A DNA stretch of 64,000 nt. It comes from an uncultured Chloroflexia bacterium. GTDB lineage: Bacteria; Chloroflexota; Anaerolineae; B4-G1; SLSP01. Both the position numbers and the translations under genes were made by a program. Positions 30,764-42,694 of the stretch are shown here, piece after piece. The stretch lies in contig CAVVUS010000044.1 in assembly GCA_963751345.1 (NCBI GenBank), positions 41,274 through 105,273 of the forward strand, written 5' to 3'. Within the stretch, counting starts at the first letter, position 1. Each line of letters opens with the position of its first letter. The notes beneath the pieces were generated by a model that did not search any database, was not told where the DNA came from, and was given only the letters and a program-made list of their open reading frames with translations.

Positions 30764-32068
30764 ATGCGGATGACGGACGTTATCGAGAAGAAACGTGACG
30801 GCGGGCGTCTGAGCGCGCGGGAGATCGAGTTCTTCGTGAATGGGTACACGGGCGGTGCCATCCCTGACTATCAGGCATCCGCACTGCTGATGGCGATTTT
30901 TCTACGAGGCATGGAGGGCGACGAAACGCGGGATCTGACCCTGGCAATGGCTCACTCGGGGGAGATGCTCGACCTCAGCGATGTGGCTCGCACCGTGGTG
31001 GACAAGCACTCGACAGGTGGGGTGGGCGACAAAGTCAGCCTTGTGGCTGTGCCTGCCGCCGCCGCAGCAGGATTGCCGGTGGGCAAGATGTCGGGCAGGG
31101 GGTTGGGTTTCTCCGGCGGCACCCTCGACAAGCTGGAGTCGATCCCGGGCTATCGGGTGGATCTCTCGGTGGCGGAGTTCAAAGATCAATTGCGTCGGAT
31201 CGGCATCGTGCTCACAGGACAATCGGCCGATCTGGCGCCGGCTGACGGCAAGCTCTATGCGCTGCGCGATGTAACGGGAACGGTGCCGAGCCTGCCGTTG
31301 ATCGTGAGCTCGATTATGAGCAAGAAGATAGCCGCCGGCGCCGATGCTATCGTCCTGGACGTGAAGGTGGGCAGTGGTGCGTTCATGAAGACGCTGGACG
31401 ACGCCCGCGCCCTCGCTGTGGATATGGTGCGAATCGGGCAGCAGGTTGGCCGCAAGGTAGTGGCCCACATTGCCGATATGAACCAGCCGCTCGGGAAGGC
31501 CATCGGCAATGCCCTCGAAGTCATAGAAGCGCTGGAGACCCTGCGGGGTGGCGGGCCGCGTGACCTTGTGGATCACAGCGTACGCATTGCCGGCGAGATG
31601 CTCCATCTCGGCGGCGTGGCGACGAATCTCGATGGAGGAATGCGGCTGGCTACGGAGATGCTTGCGTCAGGTGCTGCACTCGCCAAGTTCAGACAGCTGG
31701 TGGAAGCGCAGGGCGGAGACCCGGGCTACGTGGATGATCCCGACCGGTTTCCACAGGCGCCCGTGGTCCTCACCGTCGAGGCAGCCGAAGCCGGCTATGT
31801 GGCAGGGATGGCGGCGGACGAGATCGGCATGGCGGTCGTCGGGCTTGGCGGCGGGCGCGAGAAGAAGGGGCAGCAGATCGATCACGCAGTTGGCGTGGTG
31901 GTGCACGTCGAGGTCGGCGATCACGTCGATCCGGGTCAGCCGCTCTTCACCGTCCACGCGGCATCTGAGAGCGCCGGGCAGCAGGCCGGCCGTCGGGTTC
32001 GCGACGCCGTGCGAATCACAGAGGATCGTGTGGCGGCCTTGCCCCTATTCTACGAGCGTATCACGTGA
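30764..32068 (+). CDS. pdp: Pyrimidine-nucleoside/thymidine phosphorylase
   Basis: KKRDG, DKHSTGGVGDK, KMSGRGLG, LYALRDVT, SIMSKK. Confidence 0.95.
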   Translation: MRMTDVIEKKRDGGRLSAREIEFFVNGYTGGAIPDYQASALLMAIFLRGMEGDETRDLTLAMAHSGEMLDLSDVARTVVDKHSTGGVGDKVSLVAVPAAAAAGLPVGKMSGRGLGFSGGTLDKLESIPGYRVDLSVAEFKDQLRRIGIVLTGQSADLAPADGKLYALRDVTGTVPSLPLIVSSIMSKKIAAGADAIVLDVKVGSGAFMKTLDDARALAVDMVRIGQQVGRKVVAHIADMNQPLGKAIGNALEVIEALETLRGGGPRDLVDHSVRIAGEMLHLGGVATNLDGGMRLATEMLASGAALAKFRQLVEAQGGDPGYVDDPDRFPQAPVVLTVEAAEAGYVAGMAADEIGMAVVGLGGGREKKGQQIDHAVGVVVHVEVGDHVDPGQPLFTVHAASESAGQQAGRRVRDAVRITEDRVAALPLFYERIT

Positions 32069-32142
32069 GGGCGGGCCCCGCGTTGTCATCCTGGGCTACC
32101 GTGTTATAATCTCACTCAGTAGCCTCTGGAGGAAAGAAGAGA

Positions 32143-32367
32143 ATGCAGACATATCTGAACATCGTGCAGATCATCCTGGGCGTGGCGCTCACCAGCCTGG
32201 TTCTGTTGGATGTACGCAGTGGCGGTGCCGGCGGCATCTTCGGCGGCACGCAGACCAGCCTGATCCGGAAGCGGCGTGGCCCGGAACTGCTACTGTTTCG
32301 CTTGGTCATAGTTACCTCTGTGTTGTTCTTCCTGGTAGCCATCGTGAACGTTCTGGTCGTTGGCTAG
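32143..32367 (+). CDS. secG: Preprotein translocase subunit SecG
   Basis: Two TMs flanking GGAGGIFGG, then RRGPE. Promoter TTGTCA-16-TATAAT at 32083-32110. Confidence 0.88.
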   Translation: MQTYLNIVQIILGVALTSLVLLDVRSGGAGGIFGGTQTSLIRKRRGPELLLFRLVIVTSVLFFLVAIVNVLVVG

Positions 32368-32384
32368 CCGGATATCCCTGACCG

Positions 32385-32440
32385 GAAGGACGAGGGCTGA
32401 GCGGCGGGCGTCGTCCCGCTTCGGCTTCGTCCTTTTTGTT
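32385..32440 (+). terminator. Terminator after secG
   Basis: AAGGACGA...TCGTCCTT followed by TTTGTT. Confidence 0.65.
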
Positions 32441-32480
32441 TCCTGCGGCCAGTCCGATCTAGCAGATTAGGTCGAGTCCT

Positions 32481-34166
32481 ATGTTTCGGCGTATTGGTTG
32501 GCAAGTTATGCTGGTCGGTGTCGGTTTCCTGGTTGCCGCATCGATCCTGGCCTACATCGCTTCCACTTACACCACGGAGTTCAGGCCTGCTCCCGGCGGC
32601 ACCTACGTCGAGAGTGTAGGTGGTTATCCCCAATCTCTCAATCCACTACTTAGCTTCTACAACGATGCCGACCGAGACGTCGCGGCCCTCATCTTCAGCG
32701 GTCTCACTCGCCTCAGTATGAACGGTGAGGTCGAGCCTGACCTCGCCACCGGTTGGGAGATCGAGGGTGGGGGGATCACGTACACTTTCACACTGAATCG
32801 CAATGTCGTGTGGCACGATGGATATCCCGTTACCGCCGCCGATGTCGTGTTCACGACCGAGCTACTCCAGGACCCGGACTATCCGGGCCCGTCCGATGTC
32901 GGGGAGCTCTGGCGGTCCGTCGATGTGAGCCAGCTGAACGATTACACCGTGCGCTTCGTTCTGAAGGAGCCCTATGCTCCGTTTATGGACTACACGACCA
33001 TTGGGCTACTGCCGGAGCACCTGTTGCACGGAACCAATGCGGCGGACCTTGCCCGGCTAGACTTCAACCGTGAGCCCGTAGGCACAGGGCCTTTTCACGT
33101 GACCGATGTCGAATTGGGCGAGGGGCATATCTCGGCCGTCACGTTCAAGCGCTTCACGCGCTACTATGGGCGGAGCTCCTATCTGGAGAACATCGTGCTC
33201 CGCTTCTATCCGACCCCGCGCGCAGCCTTCGAGGCATATCAGGATGGCATCGTCGAGGGAGTCGCTCGCATCCCGGTGGATGTCCTGCCGGATGCCTTTG
33301 CCGAGCCTAACCTCCGGCTGTTCTCCGCCCCTACGGCTGAAATGTCGATGATCTATTTCAACGAACTGCTCACCGATACGCTACCCTTTGGTGATGCGAC
33401 CGTCCGCCAGGCCTTGATGTACGGCCTAGATCGCCAGCGGCTCGTCGATGACGTGCTGCTGGGGCAGGCTGTCCTCCCACAGACGCCCTTGATCCCCGGC
33501 ACGTGGGCCTATACCACGGAGGGTGTTCCCGAGTACACATACGACCTTCAGCAGGCCGAGGACCTAATGGCCCAGGCAGGGTGGCGGCGTAACGCGGTCA
33601 CAGAGACGCTTCGCCGTTCGGATGGGACGCCCCTGGCCTTTACTCTGGTCGCGTCGAGCGATCCTCTCGACAAGGCTGTGGCCGAGGACGTGTCGGCCCA
33701 GTGGGCTAGGCTCGGTGTGTCGGTCACCGTTGAGACCGTGCCGGGCGCCGCCCTCACCGGCGTCCTGGACTCGCGCAGCTATCAGGCTGCGCTCGCCCGG
33801 CTGGTCATCCCCGGGGATCCCGATCCCTATCCGTTCTGGCACGAGACGCAGGCGCTTGCCGGCCAGGGGCAGAATTACGCCGGCTTCAAGAACCGGCGCA
33901 TCAGCGAGCTGGTGGAGCAGGCGCGGATGACCGTGCGGAGGGATGAGCGGCTGGAACTGTATCGTGAATTCCAGCAGCTGTTTATGCAAGAGCTGCCGGC
34001 GCTGCCGCTGTATGTCCCGGTGTACACATATGGGATGGACGAGAGGGTGAATGGCGGGCAGATCGGCCCGCTCATGAATCCGGGGGATCGATTCCTGACG
34101 GTCGCGGACTGGTATGTTCTGCAGCGCAGGGTCGTGGGAAGTCAGTTGGAGGACGCGGGACCATAA
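32481..34166 (+). CDS. Peptide/nickel ABC transporter substrate-binding protein (family 5)
   Basis: LIFSGLT, PDLATGW, WHDG.PVTAADVVFT, PVGTGPF; no permease genes adjacent. Confidence 0.9.
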   Translation: MFRRIGWQVMLVGVGFLVAASILAYIASTYTTEFRPAPGGTYVESVGGYPQSLNPLLSFYNDADRDVAALIFSGLTRLSMNGEVEPDLATGWEIEGGGITYTFTLNRNVVWHDGYPVTAADVVFTTELLQDPDYPGPSDVGELWRSVDVSQLNDYTVRFVLKEPYAPFMDYTTIGLLPEHLLHGTNAADLARLDFNREPVGTGPFHVTDVELGEGHISAVTFKRFTRYYGRSSYLENIVLRFYPTPRAAFEAYQDGIVEGVARIPVDVLPDAFAEPNLRLFSAPTAEMSMIYFNELLTDTLPFGDATVRQALMYGLDRQRLVDDVLLGQAVLPQTPLIPGTWAYTTEGVPEYTYDLQQAEDLMAQAGWRRNAVTETLRRSDGTPLAFTLVASSDPLDKAVAEDVSAQWARLGVSVTVETVPGAALTGVLDSRSYQAALARLVIPGDPDPYPFWHETQALAGQGQNYAGFKNRRISELVEQARMTVRRDERLELYREFQQLFMQELPALPLYVPVYTYGMDERVNGGQIGPLMNPGDRFLTVADWYVLQRRVVGSQLEDAGP

Positions 34167-34254
34167 GGATGCTCCTCACCACTTGTTGCGTCCCCTCTTG
34201 TTTATTGTATACTTACGCAGATGACATTCTTAGCACACGCTTGGAGGATAGCGA

Positions 34255-37048
34255 ATGACAAAGAAGTGGGTTTACCTAGCTCGTAACGGCAAAGATGCCT
34301 ACGCCGACGTATTGGGGCACGAGCCGAGTCTTGATGAGATGAAGGAGATCTTCGGCGGCAAGGGCGCCGGCCTGGTTGCGATGACCGCTGCTGGCGCGCC
34401 GGTGCCTCCGAGCTTCACCCTTACGACAGAGGCTTGCGTTGCCTATATGGAAACGGGTGAGTTTGCCGAGGGTGTGTGGCAGCAGACACTCGATGCAATG
34501 AAGGATATCGAGAAGCAGACCGGCAAGAAGTTCGGGGATCCCAAGAATCCGCTGCTCGTGTCCGTTCGTTCAGGCGCCCGCCAATCGATGCCCGGTATGA
34601 TGGACACGGTACTGAACCTGGGGCTCAATGACGAGACCCGGGCGGCCTTGGCCGAGCTGACGGAAAACGAGTGGTTCTCCTACGATGCCTATCGCCGGTT
34701 CGTCACGATGTTCTCCGATATCGTGATGGGATACGACCGCCAGTACTTCGAGGAGAAACTCGACGATGTCAAGGAGAAAGAGGGTGTCGAGCTCGATACC
34801 GAGGTCAGCCTCGAAGGCCTGAAGGGGCTGGTCGAGGAATACCGGAGGATGTACAGGCAGCGCTTCGACGAGGACTTCCCGACCGACCCGTACAAGCAGC
34901 TCGACCTCGCGATCAAGGCCGTGTTCAATTCGTGGAACGCGCCGCGCGCCATCGCCTATCGCAATCACGAGGGGATTCCCCACCATTGGGGCACGGCCGT
35001 CAACGTCTGCACGATGGTCTTCGGCAACATGGGCAATGATTCGGCGACGGGTGTGGCCTTCAGCCGCAGCCCCAGCACGGGTGCGCACGAATATCTCTAC
35101 GGTGAGTTCCTCGTCAATGCACAGGGTGAGGACGTCGTCGCCGGCATCCGCACGCCGCAGCAGATTAGCCTGGCCGGTTCCATCGATTGGGCGAAGCGCC
35201 AGGGCATCTCCGAAGCGGAGCGCGCCAAGCGCTACCCCAGCCTGGAAGAGGTCATGCCCGCGACCTATCGCGAGTTCCTCGACATCGTCGCGATGCTGGA
35301 GAAGAACTACCGCGACATGCAGGATATGGAGTTCACGGTCGAGCGCGGCACGCTCTGGATGCTCCAGACCCGGACCGGCAAGCGCACGGCTGCGGCACAC
35401 GTCAAGATAGCCGTTGACCTCACGCTGGAGGGTGTCCTCACCAAGAAAGAGGCCCTGATGCGCGCGCTACCCGAGCATGTTGAGCAATTGCTGCGACCGG
35501 CTTTTGACCCGTCCGCAGAGAAGACCTCAATTGCCCGCGGCCTGAACGCATCGCCTGGTGCTGCCGTCGGCAAGGCCGTCTTCAACGCGGACCGCGCGAT
35601 GGAAATGGCATCTCAGGGCGTCGGATGTCATCTTGGTGCGGCCTGAGACGTCGCCCGATGACGTCCCTGGTATGATGGCTTCGAAGGGTGTCCTAACTCA
35701 GAAGGGTGGGGCAACGTCGCACGCTGCCGTCGTTGCGCGCGGCAACAACCTGCCGTGTGTGGCCGGCTGCGGTGAAATCTCGGTGGATGTGAATCGCCGC
35801 CAGTTTGAGGCGCCGGATGGCACTGTGGTCCGCGAAGGCGACGTTATCTCCATCGATGGCTACACGGGCGAGGTCTTCGTCGGTGCGGTCCCAATGATCG
35901 CCAGCCGCTACGAGGAACAGGAGGATCTGATCATGCTCCTGAGCTGGGCTGACGAGGTTCGGACCCTGGGCGTCCGCACTAACGCCGACCTGCCGCACGA
36001 TGCTCGCGCGGCTGTGGCTTTCGGTGCCGAGGGCATTGGCCTATGCAGGACCGAGCATATGTTCTTCGACGAGCGCGCCCGCGACGCCGTTGTTCGCATG
36101 ATCATCGCCAAGACCGATGACGAGCGGCAGACTGCTCTCGACGACATGCTCCCGTTCCAGGAGCAAGACTTTGAGGGTGTCTTTGAGGCGATGGATGGCA
36201 AGCCCGTCATCATGCGCCTGATCGACCCGCCGATGCACGAGTTCCTGCCCAACCGTGAGGAACTGACCGACGAGGTCTACACGCTGAAGATGGAGATCCT
36301 GGCGAGCACGACTACCTTTGAGGCACTGGACAAGCTTCGCACTCGACTGGATTCTGCCGAAAAGATGCTCCAGATTGTTGAGAGCATGTGGGAAGTCAAC
36401 CCGATGATGGGTCTGCGCGGCTGCCGTGCGGGCATCATGTACAAGGGACTGACGGAGATGCAGACGCGTGCCTACTTCCAGGCCGCGTGCCGCTGCGCGA
36501 AGCGTGGGATTGACGTGCATCCCGAAGTGATGATTCCCTTGGTGGGCGTCGTCAACGAGCTGATACTGGAGCGGGAGAAGCTCGAACCCGTTGCCAGAGA
36601 AGTCATGCGGGAAGAGGGCATTGAGGTGCCTGCAGTGTTCGGCACGATGATCGAGGTGCCGCGCGCGGCCTTGACCGCCGGTGAGATCGCCAAGCACGCG
36701 CAGTTCTTCTCCTTCGGGACGAACGACTTGACGCAGATGACGTACGGCTACAGCCGCGACGATGCCGAGGGCAAGTTCCTGCTCCAGTACGTCGAGCGCG
36801 GTATCCTGCCCGAGAATCCGTTCCAGGTTCTGGATCAGGAGGGTGTGGGACGGCTGGTCGAGATGTGTGTCAAGGAAGGTCGCGCCGCGAACCCCGATCT
36901 TGAGGTGGGTATCTGCGGTGAGCACGGTGGTGAGCCGAAGTCGATCGACTTCTGTCACCGCGTTGGCCTGGACTACGTGAGTTGCTCGCCCTACCGTGTG
37001 CCGGTTGCCCGTCTGGCAGCGGCGCAGGCCGCAATTCGCAACCCGTAG
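34255..37048 (+). CDS. ppdK: Pyruvate, phosphate dikinase (frameshift near 35625)
   Basis: GGKGA, SVRSGA...SMPGMMDT, AQGEDVVAG, GGATSHAAVVAR (phospho-His), GLCRTEHMF, FGTNDLTQ, GICGEHGG. Confidence 0.96.
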
Positions 37049-37081
37049 GTATCGAGCCGCCTCAGGGCATAGCACCAACAA

Positions 37082-37122
37082 AAGTGCCGGGGAACGCCTT
37101 CATAGGCGCCTCCCCGGCACTT
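37082..37122. terminator. Hairpin terminator between convergent genes
   Basis: AAGTGCCGGGGA / TCCCCGGCACTT. Confidence 0.75.
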
Positions 37123-37154
37123 CGTTGTGATGGCGGGATTGCCTTCGGTTGTCC

Positions 37155-40100
37155 TTACAGCGCGCCGGCGTCGGTGAGGATCGACCCGATGCGGGCCGCG
37201 TAGGCAGCGCGGATTTCGCGGTGCAGCGGAATCTGTTCAAGGTAGGTCCGGCGGAAGTGGCTGTCCGGGGGGATCAGCGCGTGTTTCCGCATTACCTCGT
37301 CGTAGGCGCGTCTGAGGAACCGCTGAGCCTGGTCTTGCCGCTGATTCGCCGCAAGTGCCTGGCTGTATCGGAAGAGCACTTCCTCGCTGACACACTCGAT
37401 GATCTGTGCAAACCCAAAGGCCTGGTAGATCTCGTGCGCCCGCTCGGCTGCTTCCAGCGCCAGTGCGAGATACTCCTGTTCGCGATCGGGCACGGTATGC
37501 GCGAGCCCCAGGTACGCGACCGTCACCTTGGTGCAAGCGGCCATCTCATACTGCTCGGAGACAAGCGGATTGGCCCGTGCGAGGTCGCGCACGGCACAGC
37601 AGAGCCGGATAGCCGACGTCAGGGACCGAACCACTGTCTGAGCATCAGCCGTGGCAGCGGCCCTTGCTCCCTCTGCGTTGTGGAGGGTGGCTTCCACAAG
37701 CAGATGGGAGGCCTGGGCCCTGTCCGGCACCCAGTCGCCGATCGCACGGATCCGGTCGAGGGTAGCGCGGGCTTCCGCGTGCTCCGCCTGAGCCACCTGG
37801 ATCTGGGCAACGTGGAACAGCGGATAGGCCTCGTCAGGGGAGCCTTCAAGGATGCGACGGCAGTCCTCCAGGGCACCCAGGGCCGCGGCGTAGTCGCCGA
37901 GGTAGATGCCGGTGATGCGGCCACAGGCCTGGAGAGCTTGGCTCTCCAGGGGGCGGTGACCAATCTCTCGGCTGGCGTGCAGGCGCTCCTGCTGATAGTC
38001 TGTGAGCAGGCGGTAGTAGTCGCCGCTGCGCTCAAACTCGAGCCCCAGCAGGTTTAGCAGCGTCATCTGGACGACCTTGTCCTCAATGCCCTCACTCATC
38101 GCCAGGGCGGTGGCGGCCTCGACGTACTCCATTCCCCGCTCAGGTTGATCGCTGAAGGCGTGGATGGCACCCATCCCGACCAGAAGCCGTGCCTCGTAGG
38201 TCCGCTCGCCGGCAGTCGCGCGCAAGCTCGAGTGCCTCATCGGCCAGGGCCTGCCACGAAGGGTCGCTCAGAGCCAACCGCTGGTTGACCACGCTGATCA
38301 TGCTCTCCAGCTCGCGCACGGGATCGCCCAACTGGCGTGAAATCGCGAGGGCCTCAAGCGCCAGCGGGGTACCCGCCTCGATGTCACCACGGTTCTGGTA
38401 GTCACCGACGCCCGGCTGATGCAGAAGGGCGTCAACGAGAAGCGCCGGATCATCACCGATCTCCCTGGCAAGAGGCAGAAGCTCCTTGGCATCGGCCAGC
38501 ATCTTATCGAACTGCGCCATGAGGTAGTAGACCTTGTAACGTCCCATCAGGATCCGGAACCGTTCCTTCAGCCACTCGCAACGTGAGCTTCGATCTGTCG
38601 TTGGCTCTCCAACCTGGTCGAGCAACCGGAGAGCCTGGCTGTAGTGCTGGCTGGCCTCCACGTTGGCGTAGATGCTCCTTGCGCGCTCAGCGTTCTTGAG
38701 CGTGAAGATGAGTTCCTTGTCGGGCCGTTTCGCGTTCTGATAGTGGTACGCCAAGGCTCCCAGGTAGAGCCCCTGGTCCCGAGCGGCCGAATCGACCTCG
38801 CACACGGCTTCGAGGTACTCTGCGATCTGGAGGTGAAGGACGGTCCTCTGCGAACTCAGCAGACTATCGTAAGCCGCGTCGCGGATGAGCTTGGACTCAA
38901 AGATGTATTCGACCCCGAGGTCCGGCCCTCTGCCCCGCTCGGCGATGAGCTGCGCGCGCTGCAGGGATGTCAGATGAGTGCGGAGATCCGTGATATCGGG
39001 CGTGATAGCCATGAGGACGTTCGACCAGAAGATTGAGCCGATCACGGCCGCCCGCTGGAGGACTTGCTGTTCGGAGGATCCCAGCCGGTCGATGCGCGCC
39101 ATCAGCAGCCCCTGCAAGCTGTCAGGCAGGCTCAGCGTGGTCACGGGCTGAGCAGCACGCCACACCTCGACGGTCTCTCCATCCTGGTTGGTGATGGCCT
39201 CTCGTACCAGGACCCCATCCGCAATCAGCGACCGCACCAACTCCTGCGTGTAGAACGGGTTGCCTTCGGCTCTTTGGATGATGAGGCTGACCGTCTCCTC
39301 GGAGAGGACGTCGGGCCCGATCATGTGGTCGAGCAGAGCCTGGCTCTCCTCGAGGCCGAAAGGCTCCAGGGTCACGGTGGTCAGTCGATGGGGATACTCC
39401 GTCTCGATGTCGTGGCGCAGGTCCCATACCACGGAGCCCCGCTCGGGCCGAAAGACGAAGAGCCAGAGAAGCTCGAGGTAGTCGCACAGGGGGAGGCAGT
39501 ATCTGAGCAGATCAAGAGACGTCGCGTCTGCCCAGTGCATATCGTTGAAGTTGATGATGAGCGGCCCCTGCTGGGCCAGCGCCTCCACCCAGCGCCGAAC
39601 CGCCAGGAACAAACGCTGCCGTTGGGCGTCCGCATCCAGACGCCTGACCTGCTCCTCATCCGACGGTTCCAGAGGGAGTCCCAGGAACTTGGCGAGGTCG
39701 GGGTAGATCTCGGTCATACTCTCTCCCCAGAGGGCCTCGACCTGTACGCGGAGTCTGTCGCGGATGTTCTCCTTCGACTCGTCCTTCCGTATGCCAAGCC
39801 AATGCTGCATCAGATCGTGCCACATAGCGTATGGCTGGGACTGATCGTAGGATCGGGCCCTGCCGCGGAGCTCGCGTGTTCTGAGCTCCGGCCCGAGTGC
39901 TGCCCTGAGTTCGCCGAGAAGCTCCGGATCGGCGTCGTCGCCGACCGGCAATTCAGCGATCGATACCTCGGCCAACAGTGCCTCTTGCCTGGCGAGGTGG
40001 CGGCGGAACTCCTGGAGCAGCACGGACTTGCCCATACCGCGCTCGCCCGTGACCATCAAAATGCCGCCGCGCCCCTCGCGTAGTTCGTCGACACAATCGA

Positions 40101-41133
40101 CGAGTGTGGCCAACTCCGCCTCGCGTCCTATCAGCGGCGTGATGACATCGTACTCCTGGGACTGCTCAGGGGACAGCCGTGAAGCCAGAGGGCGGTAGAC
40201 TGAGACCGGATGGCTGATGCCCTTGACCTGGATCTCCCCCAGCGCCAGCCAATCGAACTGGCCCTCGACGAGGTGGTAGGTGCTCTCGCTGACGAGAACG
40301 GTGCCTGCCTCTGCCGCTTGCTCCATCCGTGCAGCCAGGGCGATGGCCTCGCCCATGGCTGTATCTTCGCTGTGGGTCTGGTCATCACCGACATTGGCAA
40401 CGATGACCTCCCCAGTGTTGACACCGACCCGCAGTGAGAGGTCGATACTCTCTCGCCGGGCCAACTCTGCCGCGTAGACTCCGATCGCCCGCTGCATAGC
40501 GAGGGCGGTTAGCACGCCCCGTTCAGGGTCATCCTCGTGGGCGACGACGGTGCCGAAGAAGGCCACCAGCCCGTCGCCCCGGAACTGGTCCACTGTGCCT
40601 CCGAAACGATAGATCTCGGCTTCGAGGAGCTTGAAGACGTGGTTCATCATCTCGACCCATCGCTCGCTGCCGACCTTCTCCAGGAGATCCGTGGACCCCT
40701 GTACATCTGCGAGGATGATGGTCGCGACGCGCCGTTCACCCGTAAGCAGAGCTTCCTCCGCAGGCAGTTCGGGGTGAAGGGATGGGCTCTGACCGAGGTC
40801 AACCGGTGCTCCGCCATCGTCTTGCTGTGGAGCGCGCGTGCCCGTTGCCGCCGCACGGGCGGCGCCCGTCACGATCGGCGTGAGCTGAGCGCCGCACCGG
40901 CTGCAGTAGTGGTACAGGTAGGAAACGACAGCTCCGCAGGTGGTACACGTCTGGGTCAGACGCGTGCCGCACATGCCGCAGTAATGGTCTTCGGGGGGCG
41001 CGGCGAAACCGCACGTTGGACAGTTCATCTCAACGGCACCATCGGCCCGCGGCAGATCTCGAGGGGCGTGGATATCCGGGCCACGCAGACTATCGAACAC
41101 CCTGCACTCAGGTCCAGGGGAGGTAACGCTCAA
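37155..41133 (-). CDS. Double zinc ribbon - class III nucleotide cyclase - AAA ATPase - TPR protein (frameshift near 38220; alternative start 41028)
   Basis: CPTC/CGMC/CTTC/CSRC; ADVQGST, FRGDG, RVGVNTG; P-loop GERGMGKS; EGNPFY; TPR C-terminus continues in ORF 37155-38240. Confidence 0.88.
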
Positions 41134-41564
41134 GCACCGTCGAGAGCTGTCCGGAAGCGCTTCGCGAGTTCGACAAGGATCTCCACCGCGAGGTCTCCAT
41201 CCCGGCGCAGCGCACCCAGGAAGTTCTCGCGCGGCAGTATCAAGCAGTGCGTCGGCTCGGTGGCGATGACGGAGGCTGTCCGCGGTCCGTTGTCCAATAG
41301 GGCCAATTCGCCGAAGAAGTCGGATGGACCGAAGGTGTTCACCACGGCCTCTGAGCCATCGCTTCGCTGACGTACCGCCTTCGCTGCGCCCGACGCGATC
41401 ACGAAGAATCCATAGCCGTCACGTCCTTGTGGCACGATCACCTCACCCTCGTCGCACGTGCGCTCGACAAAGATCCTGGCCAGATTCTGCAACTGGCGCC
41501 GCTTGAGATTCTCGAACAGGGGCACCTTCCCGATGATCTCGACAATCCGCTCCTCGTTAGCCAT
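41130..41564 (-). CDS. Stand-alone cyclic-nucleotide-binding domain protein
   Basis: VPLF, FFGELALL...PRTASV; no HTH. Confidence 0.92.
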   Translation of the reverse strand: MANEERIVEIIGKVPLFENLKRRQLQNLARIFVERTCDEGEVIVPQGRDGYGFFVIASGAAKAVRQRSDGSEAVVNTFGPSDFFGELALLDNGPRTASVIATEPTHCLILPRENFLGALRRDGDLAVEILVELAKRFRTALDGA

Positions 41565-41778
41565 TCCATTCCTCCGTGAAATGCATGATGGATACTCTCG
41601 GCTGTCCGACGTGATTGGGGTCGCGCCGCCACCGGCGCGCCAACTCTCCGATTATATCGTGGCGTGACTGGGAACGCAAATGCGAATGATAGTGGGTTGA
41701 CAACTCCGGCTCGGTCCCCTAAGATCGTATCCGTTCAGCCGTGGCGACCGAGCTGCGTGTGAGCATATTCCGGGAGGT

Positions 41779-42521
41779 ATGATGCGAATCCACATCTATG
41801 ATTCCAAAGACGAGATGGGAAGTGCGGCAGCGTCGCGAGCTGCCGGTGTACTCACAGACGCGATCGCGGCTCGCGGCGAGGCCAACCTGATCCTGGCTAC
41901 CGGGGCGAGCCAATTCGAGATGCTGTCGAGCCTGGTTGCACAGGACGTGGATTGGTCCAGGGTGACGGTCTTTCACCTGGATGAGTACATCGGCCTGCCG
42001 GTGTCGCACCCGGCTAGTTTTCGGCGCTATCTGCGAGAGCGTTTCGTCGACAAGGTGCCGCCCTGGGGGCGTTCCACGCTATCGATGGAGAGAACCCGGA
42101 CCCGCAAGTGGAGTGCCGGCGGGTGGGGGCCCTGATCCGGGCGTTGACCATCGATGTGGCGTGTATCGGGATTGGCGAAAACGGCCACCTGGCGTTCAAC
42201 GATCCTCCCGCCGACTTTGAGACGGACGAGCCCTACATCGTCGTGGACCTCGATGAGGCGTGCAGGCAGCAGCAACTTGGCGAGGGGTGGTTTCCCACGT
42301 TGGCGGCAGTGCCTCAGCAGGCGATCTCGATGAGCATCCGCCAGATCATGAAAAGCCGGGTCATCGTATGTACGGTGCCCGACGCGCGGAAAGCTGTGGC
42401 CGTGCAGAAGGCCGTCGAGGGTCCTGTGACCAACGAGTTGCCCTCGTCCATTCTGCAGGAGCATTCCGACTGCGATCTGTATCTGGACAGGCCCGCTGCG
42501 TCATTGCTGCGGAGTGTCTGA
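41779..42521 (+). CDS. nagB: Glucosamine-6-phosphate deaminase family (frameshift near 42065)
   Basis: [31 protein letters not shown]. Promoter TTGACA-17-TAAGAT at 41697-41725. Confidence 0.88.
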
Positions 42522-42671
42522 ATCACGGATTCGCGGGATGACTCGGATGACACGGATAGTGCCTTCCGCGTTGCTCAACGCCGAGGGCGCGCAATCCAGA
42601 GAGTTAGCAGCCGCCGAGGGACGACCGGACACGCCGTGTCATCCGTGCGATCTGCTTCATCCGTGATTCAG
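42518..42671. repeat. 154-bp inverted-repeat element (REP/MITE-like)
   Basis: Terminal CTGAATCACGGAT/ATCCGTGATTCAG and inner CGGATGACACGG/CCGTGTCATCCG. Confidence 0.75.
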
Positions 42672-42694
42672 GCAAGTGGGCGAAGGAGGTTACG

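Noticed and set aside
37155-41564. Calling the cyclase/cNMP pair a Pycsar defence system
   Set aside because: The cNMP protein has no TM or TIR effector, the cyclase has the common AAA-TPR architecture, and there is no defence-island context
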